Made by a program: the position numbers and the translations under genes. Below are positions 1 to 9,522 of a stretch of DNA of 29,447 nucleotides, piece by piece (position 1 is the stretch's first letter; every line of letters begins with the position of its first letter). The notes below the pieces were generated by a model that was given only the letters and a program-made list of their open reading frames with translations, was not told the DNA's origin and ran no database searches. The stretch spans positions 1 through 29,447 of the IMG/VR virus record IMGVR_UViG_3300017658_000230; one strand, given 5' to 3'. This DNA is from a virus (Duplodnaviria > Caudoviricetes).

Positions 1-555
1 ATGGAAGAAGTAAAAGTAAATGATCGAATTAAGGAGATACCAAATTTCAGCAGGTATCTATGTGATATTTATACAGCTAGAATATACAGAAAGCCAACAG
101 ATAAACGAAAAGGTGCTTGGTTGAAGAAAATCAAACCAAATAGTGTAGGTTACTGTTATACAACATTGAAGAATGATTCAGATGAATTTGAAGGGATCTC
201 TTTACAATGGGTAGTTATGTGTGCTGCTACGGAAAGTACAAAAGAGTTTTTTATTTCTAAAAATCTTGAAGTGGATCATCGTGATAGAAATAAAGAAAAT
301 AATCATATACATAATTTATTTTTGTGCAATAAGAATGCCAATATGAGAAATATAGGTGAGCGAAAAGAAAGATCCGAAAGGTTATCAGAGTCAGATATTC
401 AGTATATTTTTGAACAATTTAAAGTTTGGGATGGTAAGAAAACAGATTTCTATAAGAAAATGGCTGATAAATTTGGTTGCGTTTGGCAAACTATCCAATA
501 TTTAGTTTTGGGCATAAACTACAAGTCAGTAGCAATTAAGGGTGAAGTAGAATGA
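1..555 (+). CDS. HNH endonuclease (homing-type, HNH_3-like) with C-terminal HTH-like segment
   Basis: Motif EVDHRDRNKENNHIHNL..C....N..N; C-terminal helix-turn-helix-like MADKFGCVWQTIQY. Confidence 0.75.
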   Translation: MEEVKVNDRIKEIPNFSRYLCDIYTARIYRKPTDKRKGAWLKKIKPNSVGYCYTTLKNDSDEFEGISLQWVVMCAATESTKEFFISKNLEVDHRDRNKENNHIHNLFLCNKNANMRNIGERKERSERLSESDIQYIFEQFKVWDGKKTDFYKKMADKFGCVWQTIQYLVLGINYKSVAIKGEVE

Positions 556-767
556 GAGAAGAATTTTACATATTAGTAGATGTCGTGAAGGATAGAATTA
601 AAGAAGAGTTAGGTTTTTATGAAGCTTTATTCGATGTACCAGGATTTGATGATTTAGACGAATATGAACAAAATATGCTCACTTCAATTGTTATGACTGA
701 CTATGGATATTCAATGAAGGAGTTTATTCAAGAGTGCGTGCAGGAACGATTAAGTAAATTGGTTTAA
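552..767 (+). CDS. Hypothetical acidic phage protein (71 aa)
   Basis: ATGA overlap with the upstream stop; RBS-like AAGGGTGA upstream. Confidence 0.7.
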   Translation: MREEFYILVDVVKDRIKEELGFYEALFDVPGFDDLDEYEQNMLTSIVMTDYGYSMKEFIQECVQERLSKLV

Positions 768-820
768 TACATACATACATATTGAACACATGAATTGTCA
801 CATAACATACATATTTAATA

Positions 821-848
821 GCAGGAAAGTATCTCCTTTTACTAGAAG
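821..848 (+). promoter_or_regulatory. Possible sigma-H-type promoter
   Basis: GCAGGAAAG-N12-CTAGAAG is an imperfect match to RNAGGAWWW-N11/12-RNNGAAT. Confidence 0.35.
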
Positions 849-873
849 TATATGGTAAAGGGAGGTGTGGTAT

Positions 874-1059
874 TTGCAAACTGAAGATAAAATTATTAAT
901 CACATTTTAGAAATGTCAGAAGAAGATGTTAAATCTAAATTTGCTGAATTAATGCTTAATTACTATCGAATTGGTCGTGGTGATTATTCAAAAGATAAGT
1001 GTATTAGAGATTATGAAAGTATTTATAAAAAGATAGTATTGAGAGATACGTTTAAATAA
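874..1059 (+). CDS. Hypothetical small phage protein (moron-like)
   Basis: The RBS AAAGGGAGGT favours TTG at 874 over GTG at 865 (same frame). Confidence 0.65.
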   Translation: MQTEDKIINHILEMSEEDVKSKFAELMLNYYRIGRGDYSKDKCIRDYESIYKKIVLRDTFK

Positions 1060-1073
1060 AAGGGAGGAATCAA

Positions 1074-1277
1074 ATGTATAGATATTATTATTCAATATCA
1101 TTTAATAATCAAAAGGCTTTAGTATTGGCTGAAAGTAGTATGCAAGCAGTCAATATTTTATTTGAGAAGAAGAAAAAAGAGTTTGAGGCAGATAATAGAC
1201 ATGTCGAGTTTGATCCTAGTTCTTTTAGTATTGAACGGTTAGAGCGTGAAGATTTTGTATTGAAGGCATCCGAATAA
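1074..1277 (+). CDS. Hypothetical small phage protein (67 aa)
   Basis: Strong RBS AAGGGAGG; followed by a terminator. Confidence 0.7.
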   Translation: MYRYYYSISFNNQKALVLAESSMQAVNILFEKKKKEFEADNRHVEFDPSSFSIERLEREDFVLKASE

Positions 1278-1292
1278 TCGGGTGTCTTTTTA
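1264..1292 (+). terminator. Rho-independent terminator
   Basis: AGGCATCCGA-ATAA-TCGGGTGTCT followed by a T-run. Confidence 0.7.
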
Positions 1293-1318
1293 TTTTGGAG
1301 AAAGAAGGGTGAGAGTAA

Positions 1319-1726
1319 GTGATGGCACTCCTTAAACTTTGTCGATGTGGTAAGCCTATCTCTATGTCTGATAAAAAGTGTGAGTCATGCCAAGGTAAAC
1401 GTGAAGTAATAACGGATGAGAAACGTAAAGACAAGCAAAAGGAATACAACAAAACATATGACATGTACAAGCGTGATAAGAAAAGCACAGCCTTTTATAA
1501 GAGTCATGAGTGGGAACAAGTAAGATTGATTGCGTTAAATAGAGATCGTTTCTTGTGTGTTCATTGCTTTAATAATAAGAAGATAACGCCAGCAGATGTA
1601 GTTGACCATATAATTCCAATTAAAGTGGACTGGTCATTGCGATTAACACTAAGTAATTTACAGGCTTTGTGTCATAAGCATCATAATCGAAAAACTTATG
1701 AAGATTTGAAAAAGTATGGAGGGTAG
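1319..1726 (+). CDS. Terminase-associated HNH endonuclease (HK97 gp74-like)
   Basis: RDRFLCVHC...VVDHIIP...NLQALCHKHHNRKT; lies immediately upstream of cos/terS. Confidence 0.9.
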   Translation: MMALLKLCRCGKPISMSDKKCESCQGKREVITDEKRKDKQKEYNKTYDMYKRDKKSTAFYKSHEWEQVRLIALNRDRFLCVHCFNNKKITPADVVDHIIPIKVDWSLRLTLSNLQALCHKHHNRKTYEDLKKYGG

Positions 1727-1800
1727 GGGTACCTAAAAAAGTTTTTACCCTTTAAAGAGACCGAGCGAGCCACTTGAAAAATCCGCAAAAAATCCGTTTT
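1720..1800. other. Probable cos (cohesive-end) region; core near 1760-1772 (ACCGAGCGAGCC)
   Basis: GC-rich island between HNH and terS, preceded by GGGTAGGGGTACC and followed by AAAAATCCG repeats (1777-1785, 1788-1796). This is the usual position in cos-type Bacillus phages. Confidence 0.55.
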
Positions 1801-1827
1801 TGGAAAATTTTAAAGGAGGTGAAATCA

Positions 1828-2301
1828 TTGGCAGGAAGAAAAAAGCAACCTTTGTCCGTAATCCAAGGCAAAGGAAGGTCGAACCATCTAACGAAAGATG
1901 AAATTAAAAAAAGAGAAGAACACGAAGCAATGATGCGAGGCAATGTCGATAAGATTGAAGCACCTAGTTACCTGTTGAAAAAACAAAAAGAAGAATTTAA
2001 TTCAATTGCTGCTGACCTAATGGAGTTAGGAATAATTAGCAACTTAGATGTTGATACCTTGACACGTTATGTTGAAGCTAAAACAGAATACAACAGGTTA
2101 AGTCCAATCATTAGAAAGCTGAATCCTGTTGAGGACTTAGATATATATACTAAATTAAACAGAACCAGAAAACAATTGTCAGATGAATGTCGTTCATATG
2201 CTAATGATTTAGGTTTAACCATCACTTCTCGTTTGAAATTAGTTATACCAAAAACGGAAGAAGAAAAGCCTAAAAATAAATTTAGTAAGTTTGCTAGGTG
2301 A
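1828..2301 (+). CDS. terS: Terminase small subunit (P27 family)
   Basis: RBS AAAGGAGGTG before TTG 1828; MAGRKKQP start; APSYL and LGLTITSRLKL motifs. Confidence 0.9.
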   Translation: MAGRKKQPLSVIQGKGRSNHLTKDEIKKREEHEAMMRGNVDKIEAPSYLLKKQKEEFNSIAADLMELGIISNLDVDTLTRYVEAKTEYNRLSPIIRKLNPVEDLDIYTKLNRTRKQLSDECRSYANDLGLTITSRLKLVIPKTEEEKPKNKFSKFAR

Positions 2302-4019
2302 TTTGTATGCATAGAGTCACACAGTACGCTTTAGATGTTGTAGAAGGAAGAATTGTTGCTGGGGAACTATCAATATTAACGTGTCAAAGGCATTTAAATG
2401 ATTTAGAGAAATCAAAATTAGCACCTTACATATATAGATTCGATGAAGAAAAAGCAGACGTTATTATCAACTATGCTGAAACCCTTATTATTGGAGAAGG
2501 GGATGAACAACAACCGTTAATTTTAGAAGAATTCCAAGCTTTTATTTTTGGTTCTTTACATGGTTGGGTTAGCAAAGAGACAGGATATAGGCGCTTTAGA
2601 AGTAGTTACATTCAAGTGGGAAGACAGCAAGGTAAGTCTATGTTGAACGGTGTACTAGGTACTTTTTATGGGAATTTTGATGGATATAATTACGGGCAAA
2701 TATATTGCACAGCCACTAAACAAGACCAAGCGAAAATTGTATTAAATGAAATGATTAAATTTATTCGTTCTGACTCTGATTTAGATGAAATGTTCAAAAT
2801 TAAAGAGTACGAAAGTACAATTGAATGCTTAGTTACAAATTCTAAAATCAAAGCACTCGGTAGAGATTCAAAAAGTATTGATGGATTTAGACCGTTACTG
2901 GGCATTGTCGATGAATATCATGCTCACAAGGACAATCAAATGTACAAACTTCTAGAAGGTGGTACAGGTAATTTAAAAGAGTGTTTAATTTCTGTTATCA
3001 CGACTGCTGGATTTGATTTGAATAGCCCTTGTTATGAATTGTATGAATACTGCTGTAATCTTTTAAAAGGCGTTTTTGACAATGATACACAATTTGTTTA
3101 TATCGCTCAACTAGATAAAGACGATGATATTTGGGACTCAAAAAATTGGATAAAAGCTAATCCTTTAACTTGTAAAACTCAAGCAGGTATTAATCGCATG
3201 GTTAACATTGCGAAAAAAGCTAAAGAAATGGGCGGTAACGAGTTAAGAGACTTTATGACAAAGCGTTTAAATGTATGGGTTCAATTCTCGGACAATCAAT
3301 ATATGAATATTGAGCATTGGAAGAATTGTGCTACTGAAAAAACGCTCGAAGATTTTAAAGGAGCATCTTGTTTTGCTGGATTAGACTTATCAAGTGGTGG
3401 CGACTTAACAAGTTTGGCACTTGTTTTCCCTTATACAGCAGATGGATTTAGAAAATATTTTATCCATTCACACTCGTTCATCCCTAAAAATCGGGTAGAA
3501 GAACATATTAAGACAGATAAAGCACCATATGATATTTGGATTAACGATGGATTATTAACGATTACAGAGACATTAGGTGGTATTAAAACAGATTATAAAT
3601 ATATTATTTCATATCTTTCTAAACTCATAGAGGAATATGAGTTAGATATAAAAATGATTTGTTATGATCCACATAATGCGAGTGCTTTTTTAGCTGATAT
3701 AGAAGAATTAGGAATTGATTCTATTTCTATTGTCCAATCAGCAAGAAATCTTAATGACCCTACTGTTGATTTTCGCTTGGAAGTAGAAGCTGGAAATGTT
3801 GAATATGATAAAGAGAATAAACTCTTAACTTGGTCAATCGCTAATGCAAAAACCACTTCCAATTCGTTTGGAGAAATTAAAATTGACAAGAATTATCAGA
3901 ACAAAAGAATTGATCCTGTAGATGCAGTAATTGATGCTTGGAAAATAGCCATGACTCAAGAAATGGAAGTTAATATAAACAAAGTAACAGAAGATTATCT
4001 CAAGATGATGGGTTGGTAA
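2298..4019 (+). CDS. terL: Terminase large subunit
   Basis: Walker A GRQQGKS, Walker B GIVDEYH, ITTAG motif, nuclease GLDLS and RIDPVDA. Confidence 0.97.
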   Translation: MICMHRVTQYALDVVEGRIVAGELSILTCQRHLNDLEKSKLAPYIYRFDEEKADVIINYAETLIIGEGDEQQPLILEEFQAFIFGSLHGWVSKETGYRRFRSSYIQVGRQQGKSMLNGVLGTFYGNFDGYNYGQIYCTATKQDQAKIVLNEMIKFIRSDSDLDEMFKIKEYESTIECLVTNSKIKALGRDSKSIDGFRPLLGIVDEYHAHKDNQMYKLLEGGTGNLKECLISVITTAGFDLNSPCYELYEYCCNLLKGVFDNDTQFVYIAQLDKDDDIWDSKNWIKANPLTCKTQAGINRMVNIAKKAKEMGGNELRDFMTKRLNVWVQFSDNQYMNIEHWKNCATEKTLEDFKGASCFAGLDLSSGGDLTSLALVFPYTADGFRKYFIHSHSFIPKNRVEEHIKTDKAPYDIWINDGLLTITETLGGIKTDYKYIISYLSKLIEEYELDIKMICYDPHNASAFLADIEELGIDSISIVQSARNLNDPTVDFRLEVEAGNVEYDKENKLLTWSIANAKTTSNSFGEIKIDKNYQNKRIDPVDAVIDAWKIAMTQEMEVNINKVTEDYLKMMGW

Positions 4020-4034
4020 AAAGGAGGTGAAAAC

Positions 4035-5258
4035 ATGTTTAATCGGATAAAAAAAATATTCAAGAATGAAATTGTTGACATAAACAGCCCTTCTTTTCTA
4101 AATTGGTTAGGAGTTGATCCAGACACACCAAGGGACACCTTATCAGAAGCAACTTATTTTGCTTGCATGAAAATACTTGCTGAAAGTTTAGGGAAACTGC
4201 CTTTGAAAATGTATCAAAGCACTGATAAAGGTATTACTAAAAGTGATAAGTCCGAAATGTACAATCTTTTAAAATTACGTCCTAATCCTTATATGACAAG
4301 TGCTGTTTTTTGGTCAACAGTGGAAATGAATCGTAATCATTATGGAAATGCATTTGTTTGGATTGAAAGAAAAGGAAAAAACGTAGAAAACTTATGGATT
4401 ATGCCAAGTAAAGATGTATCATTTTTAATCGATGACGCTGGTTTATTCGGGACTACAGGAAAGTTGTGGTATAGATATGTTGATGCAAAGACGGGACAGC
4501 TATACACTTTTAACTCCGATGAAGTATTAGATTTTAAAACATCTATGACATTTGATGGAATCAGAGGTATGCCAATTAAGGATATTCTAAAGTCCACTGT
4601 TGAAGGCAATTTGGAAAGTCAGAAATACATGAATAATCTCTATAAAAATGGGATGACTGGAAAAGCCGTACTTGAATATACAGGGGATTTAGATAAAAAT
4701 GCAAAGGATAGACTTGTAAAAGGGTTTGAGGATTTCGCTAATGGTTCCAAAAATGCAGGGAAGATTATCCCAGTTCCTTTAGGAATGAAACTTGTTCCGT
4801 TGGATATTAAATTGACTGATTCGCAATTTTTTGAGTTGAAAAAATATTCGGCTTTGCAAATTGCTGCAGCATTTGGTATTAAACCTAATCAAATAAACGA
4901 TTATGAAAAGTCAAGTTATGCTTCAGCAGAGGCACAGAACTTGGCTTTTTATGTTGATACATTGTTATTTACATTGAATCAATACGAACAAGAAATCACA
5001 TACAAATTGCTAACAGATAATGAAGTTTCATTAGGATATTTCTTTAAATTCAATGTTGGTGTTATTTTACGCGCAGATACAAAGTCACAAATTGAATCTA
5101 TAACAAAGGCTATTCAGTCTGGGTTATACAATCCGAATGAAGGACGTGCTTTATTAGATATGCCAGCAGATGAATTTGGCGACAGATTAATGGCGAATGG
5201 TAACTTTATTCCATTGTCTATGCTTGGTGCTAATTATGGAGTGAAAGGGGGTGAATAG
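4035..5258 (+). CDS. Portal protein (HK97 family)
   Basis: LRPNPYMT, YGNAF, IAAAFGIKP and NPNEGR motifs; follows terL. Confidence 0.95.
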   Translation: MFNRIKKIFKNEIVDINSPSFLNWLGVDPDTPRDTLSEATYFACMKILAESLGKLPLKMYQSTDKGITKSDKSEMYNLLKLRPNPYMTSAVFWSTVEMNRNHYGNAFVWIERKGKNVENLWIMPSKDVSFLIDDAGLFGTTGKLWYRYVDAKTGQLYTFNSDEVLDFKTSMTFDGIRGMPIKDILKSTVEGNLESQKYMNNLYKNGMTGKAVLEYTGDLDKNAKDRLVKGFEDFANGSKNAGKIIPVPLGMKLVPLDIKLTDSQFFELKKYSALQIAAAFGIKPNQINDYEKSSYASAEAQNLAFYVDTLLFTLNQYEQEITYKLLTDNEVSLGYFFKFNVGVILRADTKSQIESITKAIQSGLYNPNEGRALLDMPADEFGDRLMANGNFIPLSMLGANYGVKGGE

Positions 5259-5999
5259 ATGGGCTTAGAAGTGAAAAATAAAATCGGGGACTCTGCCGAA
5301 CTTTACATCTATGGAGATATTGTAGACAACTCAGATTGGAAATGGGATGACTACGAAGTTATGCCTGACGATGTAAAAGGTATTCTTGATGAAATTAACG
5401 ATGCTAACGAATTGAATATATATATCAATTCAGGAGGAGGATCGGTATATGCTGGATTAGCAATCTATAACATGTTAAAGCGTCACAAAGCGCATAAAAC
5501 AGTACATGTTGATGGAATTGCCGCATCAATCGCTTCTGTAATTGCATTAGCTGGTGATAAGGTTATTATCCCATCAAATGCTTATTTTATGATCCATAAA
5601 GCATGGACTGGAGGCTATGGGAATAGCGATGAAATGCGTAAATTAGCTGACACTTTAGATAAAATCGATGAGGGAATCCTCAATACATACAAAGAAAACA
5701 TTCGAGATGGTGTTGATATTGAGACAATAAAACAAATGGTCGCTTCTGAAACGTGGATGACAGGCGAAGAAGCTGCTGAATATTTCAATGTTGAGGTCTC
5801 TGAATCAGTAAATGTTGCTGCAAGTACAAGCGATTATTACGCTAAATATCGCAAAACACCAGCAAAAATCGTTGATAATTCTTCTGAAAAAGCAGAAAAA
5901 AGATCGTCTTCTTCAGCAATTTTAGAGGAAAAACAAGAAAAATTAAACACAATTGATGATGAAAAACAAAAATTATTACTCGAAATCGAGTTAATCTAG
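5259..5999 (+). CDS. Prohead maturation protease, ClpP-like (S14)
   Basis: INSGGGSV, DGIAASIAS, MIHKAW and ETWMTGEEA motifs. Confidence 0.95.
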   Translation: MGLEVKNKIGDSAELYIYGDIVDNSDWKWDDYEVMPDDVKGILDEINDANELNIYINSGGGSVYAGLAIYNMLKRHKAHKTVHVDGIAASIASVIALAGDKVIIPSNAYFMIHKAWTGGYGNSDEMRKLADTLDKIDEGILNTYKENIRDGVDIETIKQMVASETWMTGEEAAEYFNVEVSESVNVAASTSDYYAKYRKTPAKIVDNSSEKAEKRSSSSAILEEKQEKLNTIDDEKQKLLLEIELI

Positions 6000-6011
6000 G
6001 AGGATATTTAC

Positions 6012-7109
6012 ATGAATAAAGAATTATTAGAGCTATTGGCACAAATTGATGCTAAAAAAGCAGAAGCTAAAAATTTACTTGTTGAAAATAAAATCGAGGA
6101 AGCAAAAGCATCCAAAAAAGAATTAGAAGATTTGCAAGCGAAGTTTGACATTGCTAAAGATTTATACGATGAGGAAAAAACTAAAATTGAAAACAAAAAG
6201 TTAGAGAATAAACCAGAAAATGATGAAAAGAAAACTTTTATTAATGGCGTTCGCACGAAATTTAAAAATGCTATGTCAGAAGGTACAAATGCAGACGGTG
6301 GTTATACTGTACCACAAGATATTCAAACGAAAATCAATGAATTACGTCAAAGTAAAGACGCGTTACAAACTTTAATTACGGTTGAACCTGTTTCAACTTT
6401 ATCTGGAAGTCGTGTATTTAAAGCGCGCTCACAACAAACTGGATTTGCGGAAGTAGCGGAAAATGGAACGATCACTGAAAAATCGACTCCACAATTCACG
6501 AATTTACCTTATTCCGTTAAGAAATACGCTGGTTTCTTTAAAGTAACTAACGAATTATTTAAAGACAGTGACCAAGCAATTGAGTCTACATTAGTTAATT
6601 GGATTGGTAATGAATCTCGCGTTACTCGTAATAAATTAATTCTTGCAGAGCTTGCTAAGAAATCTAAAACAGCTATTGCCGATGTGGATGATGTTAAAGA
6701 CACACTTAATGTTACATTAGATCCAGCATTCCGATACACATCTTCTATCGTTACGAACCAAGATGGTTTTAACTGGTTAGATAAACAAAAAGATACAGAT
6801 GGAAACTACCTGTTACAACCTTCTGTAACTTCACCAACAGGAAAACAATTATTTGGAGTTCCTGTTGTTATGGTTTCTAACAAAGACTTACCAAACGATA
6901 CAACATCTGGGGTGAAAGCACCATTTATTATTGGGGATTTAAAAGAAGCTGTTGTTATGTTCGATAGAGAAACGTTATCTATCGTATCATCTAATACGGC
7001 TATGGATGCTTTTGAAACCGATGTTACATTATGGAGAGCAATTGAACGTGAGCAAGTGTTAACGCGTGATGCTGAGGCGTTTGTTTACGGACAAGTAACT
7101 ATCTCGTAA
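6012..7109 (+). CDS. Major capsid protein (HK97 fold, N-terminal coiled-coil delta domain)
   Basis: DGGYTVPQDI, KDTDGNYLLQP and LFGVPV motifs. Confidence 0.95.
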   Translation: MNKELLELLAQIDAKKAEAKNLLVENKIEEAKASKKELEDLQAKFDIAKDLYDEEKTKIENKKLENKPENDEKKTFINGVRTKFKNAMSEGTNADGGYTVPQDIQTKINELRQSKDALQTLITVEPVSTLSGSRVFKARSQQTGFAEVAENGTITEKSTPQFTNLPYSVKKYAGFFKVTNELFKDSDQAIESTLVNWIGNESRVTRNKLILAELAKKSKTAIADVDDVKDTLNVTLDPAFRYTSSIVTNQDGFNWLDKQKDTDGNYLLQPSVTSPTGKQLFGVPVVMVSNKDLPNDTTSGVKAPFIIGDLKEAVVMFDRETLSIVSSNTAMDAFETDVTLWRAIEREQVLTRDAEAFVYGQVTIS

Positions 7110-7120
7110 GGGGCGAAAGT

Positions 7121-7270
7121 ATGAAGGTTAAAGCATTAATTGATTGCGTTGGATTAGGATATGAGTTGAAAACTGATGAAACAGCCGAGTTTAAAAAAAC
7201 TTTGGCTAAAAAACTCATTAAATTTGGTTATGTCGAGGAAATAAAAGCTACAAGAAAAACTAAGGAGTGA
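7121..7270 (+). CDS. Small head-associated protein (49 aa; absent from the ORF track)
   Basis: Translated by hand as MKVKALIDCVGLGYELK...KLIKFGYVEEIKATRKTKE*. It fills the gap after the capsid gene, with RBS AAGGGG and a stop overlapping the next start. Confidence 0.7.
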   Translation: MKVKALIDCVGLGYELKTDETAEFKKTLAKKLIKFGYVEEIKATRKTKE

Positions 7271-7542
7271 TCCTTATGTTAGAAGAAGTTAAAGAATATT
7301 TGCGGATTGACGGGACGGAAGAAGATTTACTCCTTACGTCCTTAATTTCTGCTGCAAAACAATATGTTAAAACTGGGACTGGCTGTATTGTGGACGAAGA
7401 AAACGATCTGCATAAATTAGCTATAAATTTATTGGTGACGCATTGGTATGAAAACCGCGAAGTTGTAGGGAAAGCTAATGCTTTATCTTTTAGCTTACAA
7501 TCTATATTTTTGCAAATGACTTATGGAAGTGACTCGCTATGA
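7267..7542 (+). CDS. Head-tail connector (gp6-like)
   Basis: LEEVKEYLRID and LLVTHWYENRE motifs. Confidence 0.9.
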   Translation: MILMLEEVKEYLRIDGTEEDLLLTSLISAAKQYVKTGTGCIVDEENDLHKLAINLLVTHWYENREVVGKANALSFSLQSIFLQMTYGSDSL

Positions 7543-7877
7543 AAATAAGTGAATTAAATAAGAGAGTTACTTTTTATGAATATGCACCAAACGAAGAACC
7601 AGAGCCAGGAGAAGATGTAAAAAGAACGTTATACGAATGCTGGGCAAAAGTGGATGAAGTTTGGTTAAAGGATTTGGAACTAGCGAAAGCAAACGGTACT
7701 TTATCGGATTTAACTATTACAATTCGTGATCCTAGAAAATCTTATCAACCAAATAATAAACACTATTTGTCTATTAATTCCACTTATTATACAGATAAAC
7801 ATTTTAACATCAAACATGTTCGTCCTGATTTTAAGAATAAGCGGTTTGTCACGATTGTTGCCGAGGTGTCAACATGA
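7539..7877 (+). CDS. Head closure / head-tail adaptor
   Basis: LNKRVTF...CWAKV...TITIR motif and position. Confidence 0.8.
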   Translation: MKISELNKRVTFYEYAPNEEPEPGEDVKRTLYECWAKVDEVWLKDLELAKANGTLSDLTITIRDPRKSYQPNNKHYLSINSTYYTDKHFNIKHVRPDFKNKRFVTIVAEVST

Positions 7878-8266
7878 GTATGAGAATAAGAGAGAATACG
7901 CAACTTATTCGTCAAATAGAAAATCGATTAGGGCAAGAAGCAGCAAGGCGCATAAGTGATAAAGCATTATTGGCTGGTGCTAAAGTATTTGTTAAGGAAT
8001 TGAAAAAGCAATTTGAAACATTTAAAGATACTGGTGCTTCTATTGATGAAATAACGATATCTCAACCTATTTGGGTAAAAGGAACAAGGTCTGTAAAGGT
8101 TCATTGGCGTGGTGCGAAAGAAAGATATAGGATTATCCATTTAAATGAATGGGGAACTGTAAACAATCCAAATCCTAAAGGTAAGGGTGCTGTTGCTAAA
8201 GCTTTAAGGAATTCTGAAACTGCATATCGTAATGCTATTGCAGAAGCAATAAGGGAGGGAATCTAA
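7874..8266 (+). CDS. HK97 gp10-like tail completion protein
   Basis: KDTGASIDEI and IIHLNEWGT motifs and position. Confidence 0.75.
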   Translation: MSMRIRENTQLIRQIENRLGQEAARRISDKALLAGAKVFVKELKKQFETFKDTGASIDEITISQPIWVKGTRSVKVHWRGAKERYRIIHLNEWGTVNNPNPKGKGAVAKALRNSETAYRNAIAEAIREGI

Positions 8267-8646
8267 TGGATATCCTAAAGGCGGTATATGAAGCGCTCAT
8301 TGCTGATGATTTTATTAGAGAACAAGCGTCTAGTCGGATTAAATACTATGAATATCCAGAATCAGGTGATGTAACACAGCCGTATATTATCATTGATCCA
8401 TTGGATGTTCCGTTACCAAAAGATTTTGCAGATAATACATGGCTTTCATATGATTGTCTTTATCAAATTGAAGTGTGGACGAAAAATAGAAGCACAACAA
8501 GAGAATTAGCAGAACGTATTCGTCAAGTTATGTGGAATATAGGGTTTTCACAAGGAAGTGGAATAGATGAATATGAAGAAGATATTTTTCGGGACGCTAG
8601 ACGTTACCGAGGAAAATTATATAGGAATGACTTAGACACTTTGTGA
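8266..8646 (+). CDS. Tail terminator / tail completion protein
   Basis: Position before the tail tube; YQIEVW and DARRYRG motifs. Confidence 0.7.
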   Translation: MDILKAVYEALIADDFIREQASSRIKYYEYPESGDVTQPYIIIDPLDVPLPKDFADNTWLSYDCLYQIEVWTKNRSTTRELAERIRQVMWNIGFSQGSGIDEYEEDIFRDARRYRGKLYRNDLDTL

Positions 8647-8659
8647 GGTGTCTTTTTTT
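8634..8659 (+). terminator. Rho-independent terminator
   Basis: AGACAC...GTGTCT followed by a T-run. Confidence 0.55.
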
Positions 8660-8684
8660 ATAAAAAAAAATAGGAGTGATTAAT

Positions 8685-9284
8685 TTGGCAGAAGAGAAAG
8701 TTTATAAATCCTCAACCGGTGTAGATGAGTTTTTCTATGGCGATATCGGGGAAGGAACAATTGCTACATATATTGAGAGAGTAAAGTTTTTACAGAATAT
8801 TAGTGTTGAAATGTCACAAGAAGTTGTACGTGCTTACGGTGATAATAAAACAGCAGAATTGGCGGTTTCTAGTGGTGAAATTTCTGTAACTTCAAGTTTT
8901 CATAAGATTCCATTAGAAGATAAACAAAAATTGTTAGGTCTTGAAGTGGTGGAAGGAATTACAGCAATGGGAAGTAGTGATAGTCCTCCTTATGTGGCTG
9001 TTGTTTTCGCAAAGACATATGAAGATGGATCAAAAGAATATGTTGGTTTACCTAAAGGAGTATTCCTGCGTCCTAATGTTGAAGGAGCAACAAAAGAAGA
9101 CGGTAAAGAATTTACAAGTGAAGAAATCGAAGCACAATTTATGGATCGTGAAGTGGATGGTTTTACAGATGAAAAGTCAGTTCTTTTTGCATATGATAAA
9201 AAAGGATCTACAACAAATCGTGATGCATTGTTTATGAAAATTTTCGGTAAGGCTTATCCAACTACAGCACCTGCTGGAGTTTAA
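8685..9284 (+). CDS. Major tail (tube) protein, phi13 family
   Basis: RAYGDN, PPYVAVVF and YVGLPKG motifs; the RBS AGGAGTGA favours TTG 8685. Confidence 0.85.
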   Translation: MAEEKVYKSSTGVDEFFYGDIGEGTIATYIERVKFLQNISVEMSQEVVRAYGDNKTAELAVSSGEISVTSSFHKIPLEDKQKLLGLEVVEGITAMGSSDSPPYVAVVFAKTYEDGSKEYVGLPKGVFLRPNVEGATKEDGKEFTSEEIEAQFMDREVDGFTDEKSVLFAYDKKGSTTNRDALFMKIFGKAYPTTAPAGV

Positions 9285-9287
9285 TAA

Positions 9288-9470
9288 ATGACTAAAATTA
9301 AATATGAAGTAATTAATGATTTTAAGGATTTGCAAGACAATGACAAGATTTATCTTAAAGGTGATAGATTTCCAAAACCAGCCAATAAAAAGGTTAGTGA
9401 AGATCGTATTCAAGAGCTTTTATCAGATAAAAACAAACAGGGTAAACCAGTTATCAAGGAGCAGGCATAA
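9288..9470 (+). CDS. Small conserved phage structural-region protein (60 aa)
   Basis: YEVINDFKDLQD...RIQELLSDKNKQGKPVIK, a type seen in Firmicutes siphophage head/tail regions. Confidence 0.7.
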   Translation: MTKIKYEVINDFKDLQDNDKIYLKGDRFPKPANKKVSEDRIQELLSDKNKQGKPVIKEQA

Positions 9471-9484
9471 GGCTTGCTCTTTTT
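9459..9484 (+). terminator. Rho-independent terminator
   Basis: GAGCAGGC-ATAAG-GCTTGCTC followed by Ts. Confidence 0.6.
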
Positions 9485-9522
9485 ATTTATGCGCATAAAT
9501 AAAATTTGAAGGGAAGATTTTA

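Noticed and set aside
9282-9290. Stop-codon read-through fusing the tail tube to the in-frame 60-aa ORF
   Set aside because: Two consecutive TAA stops make read-through unlikely.
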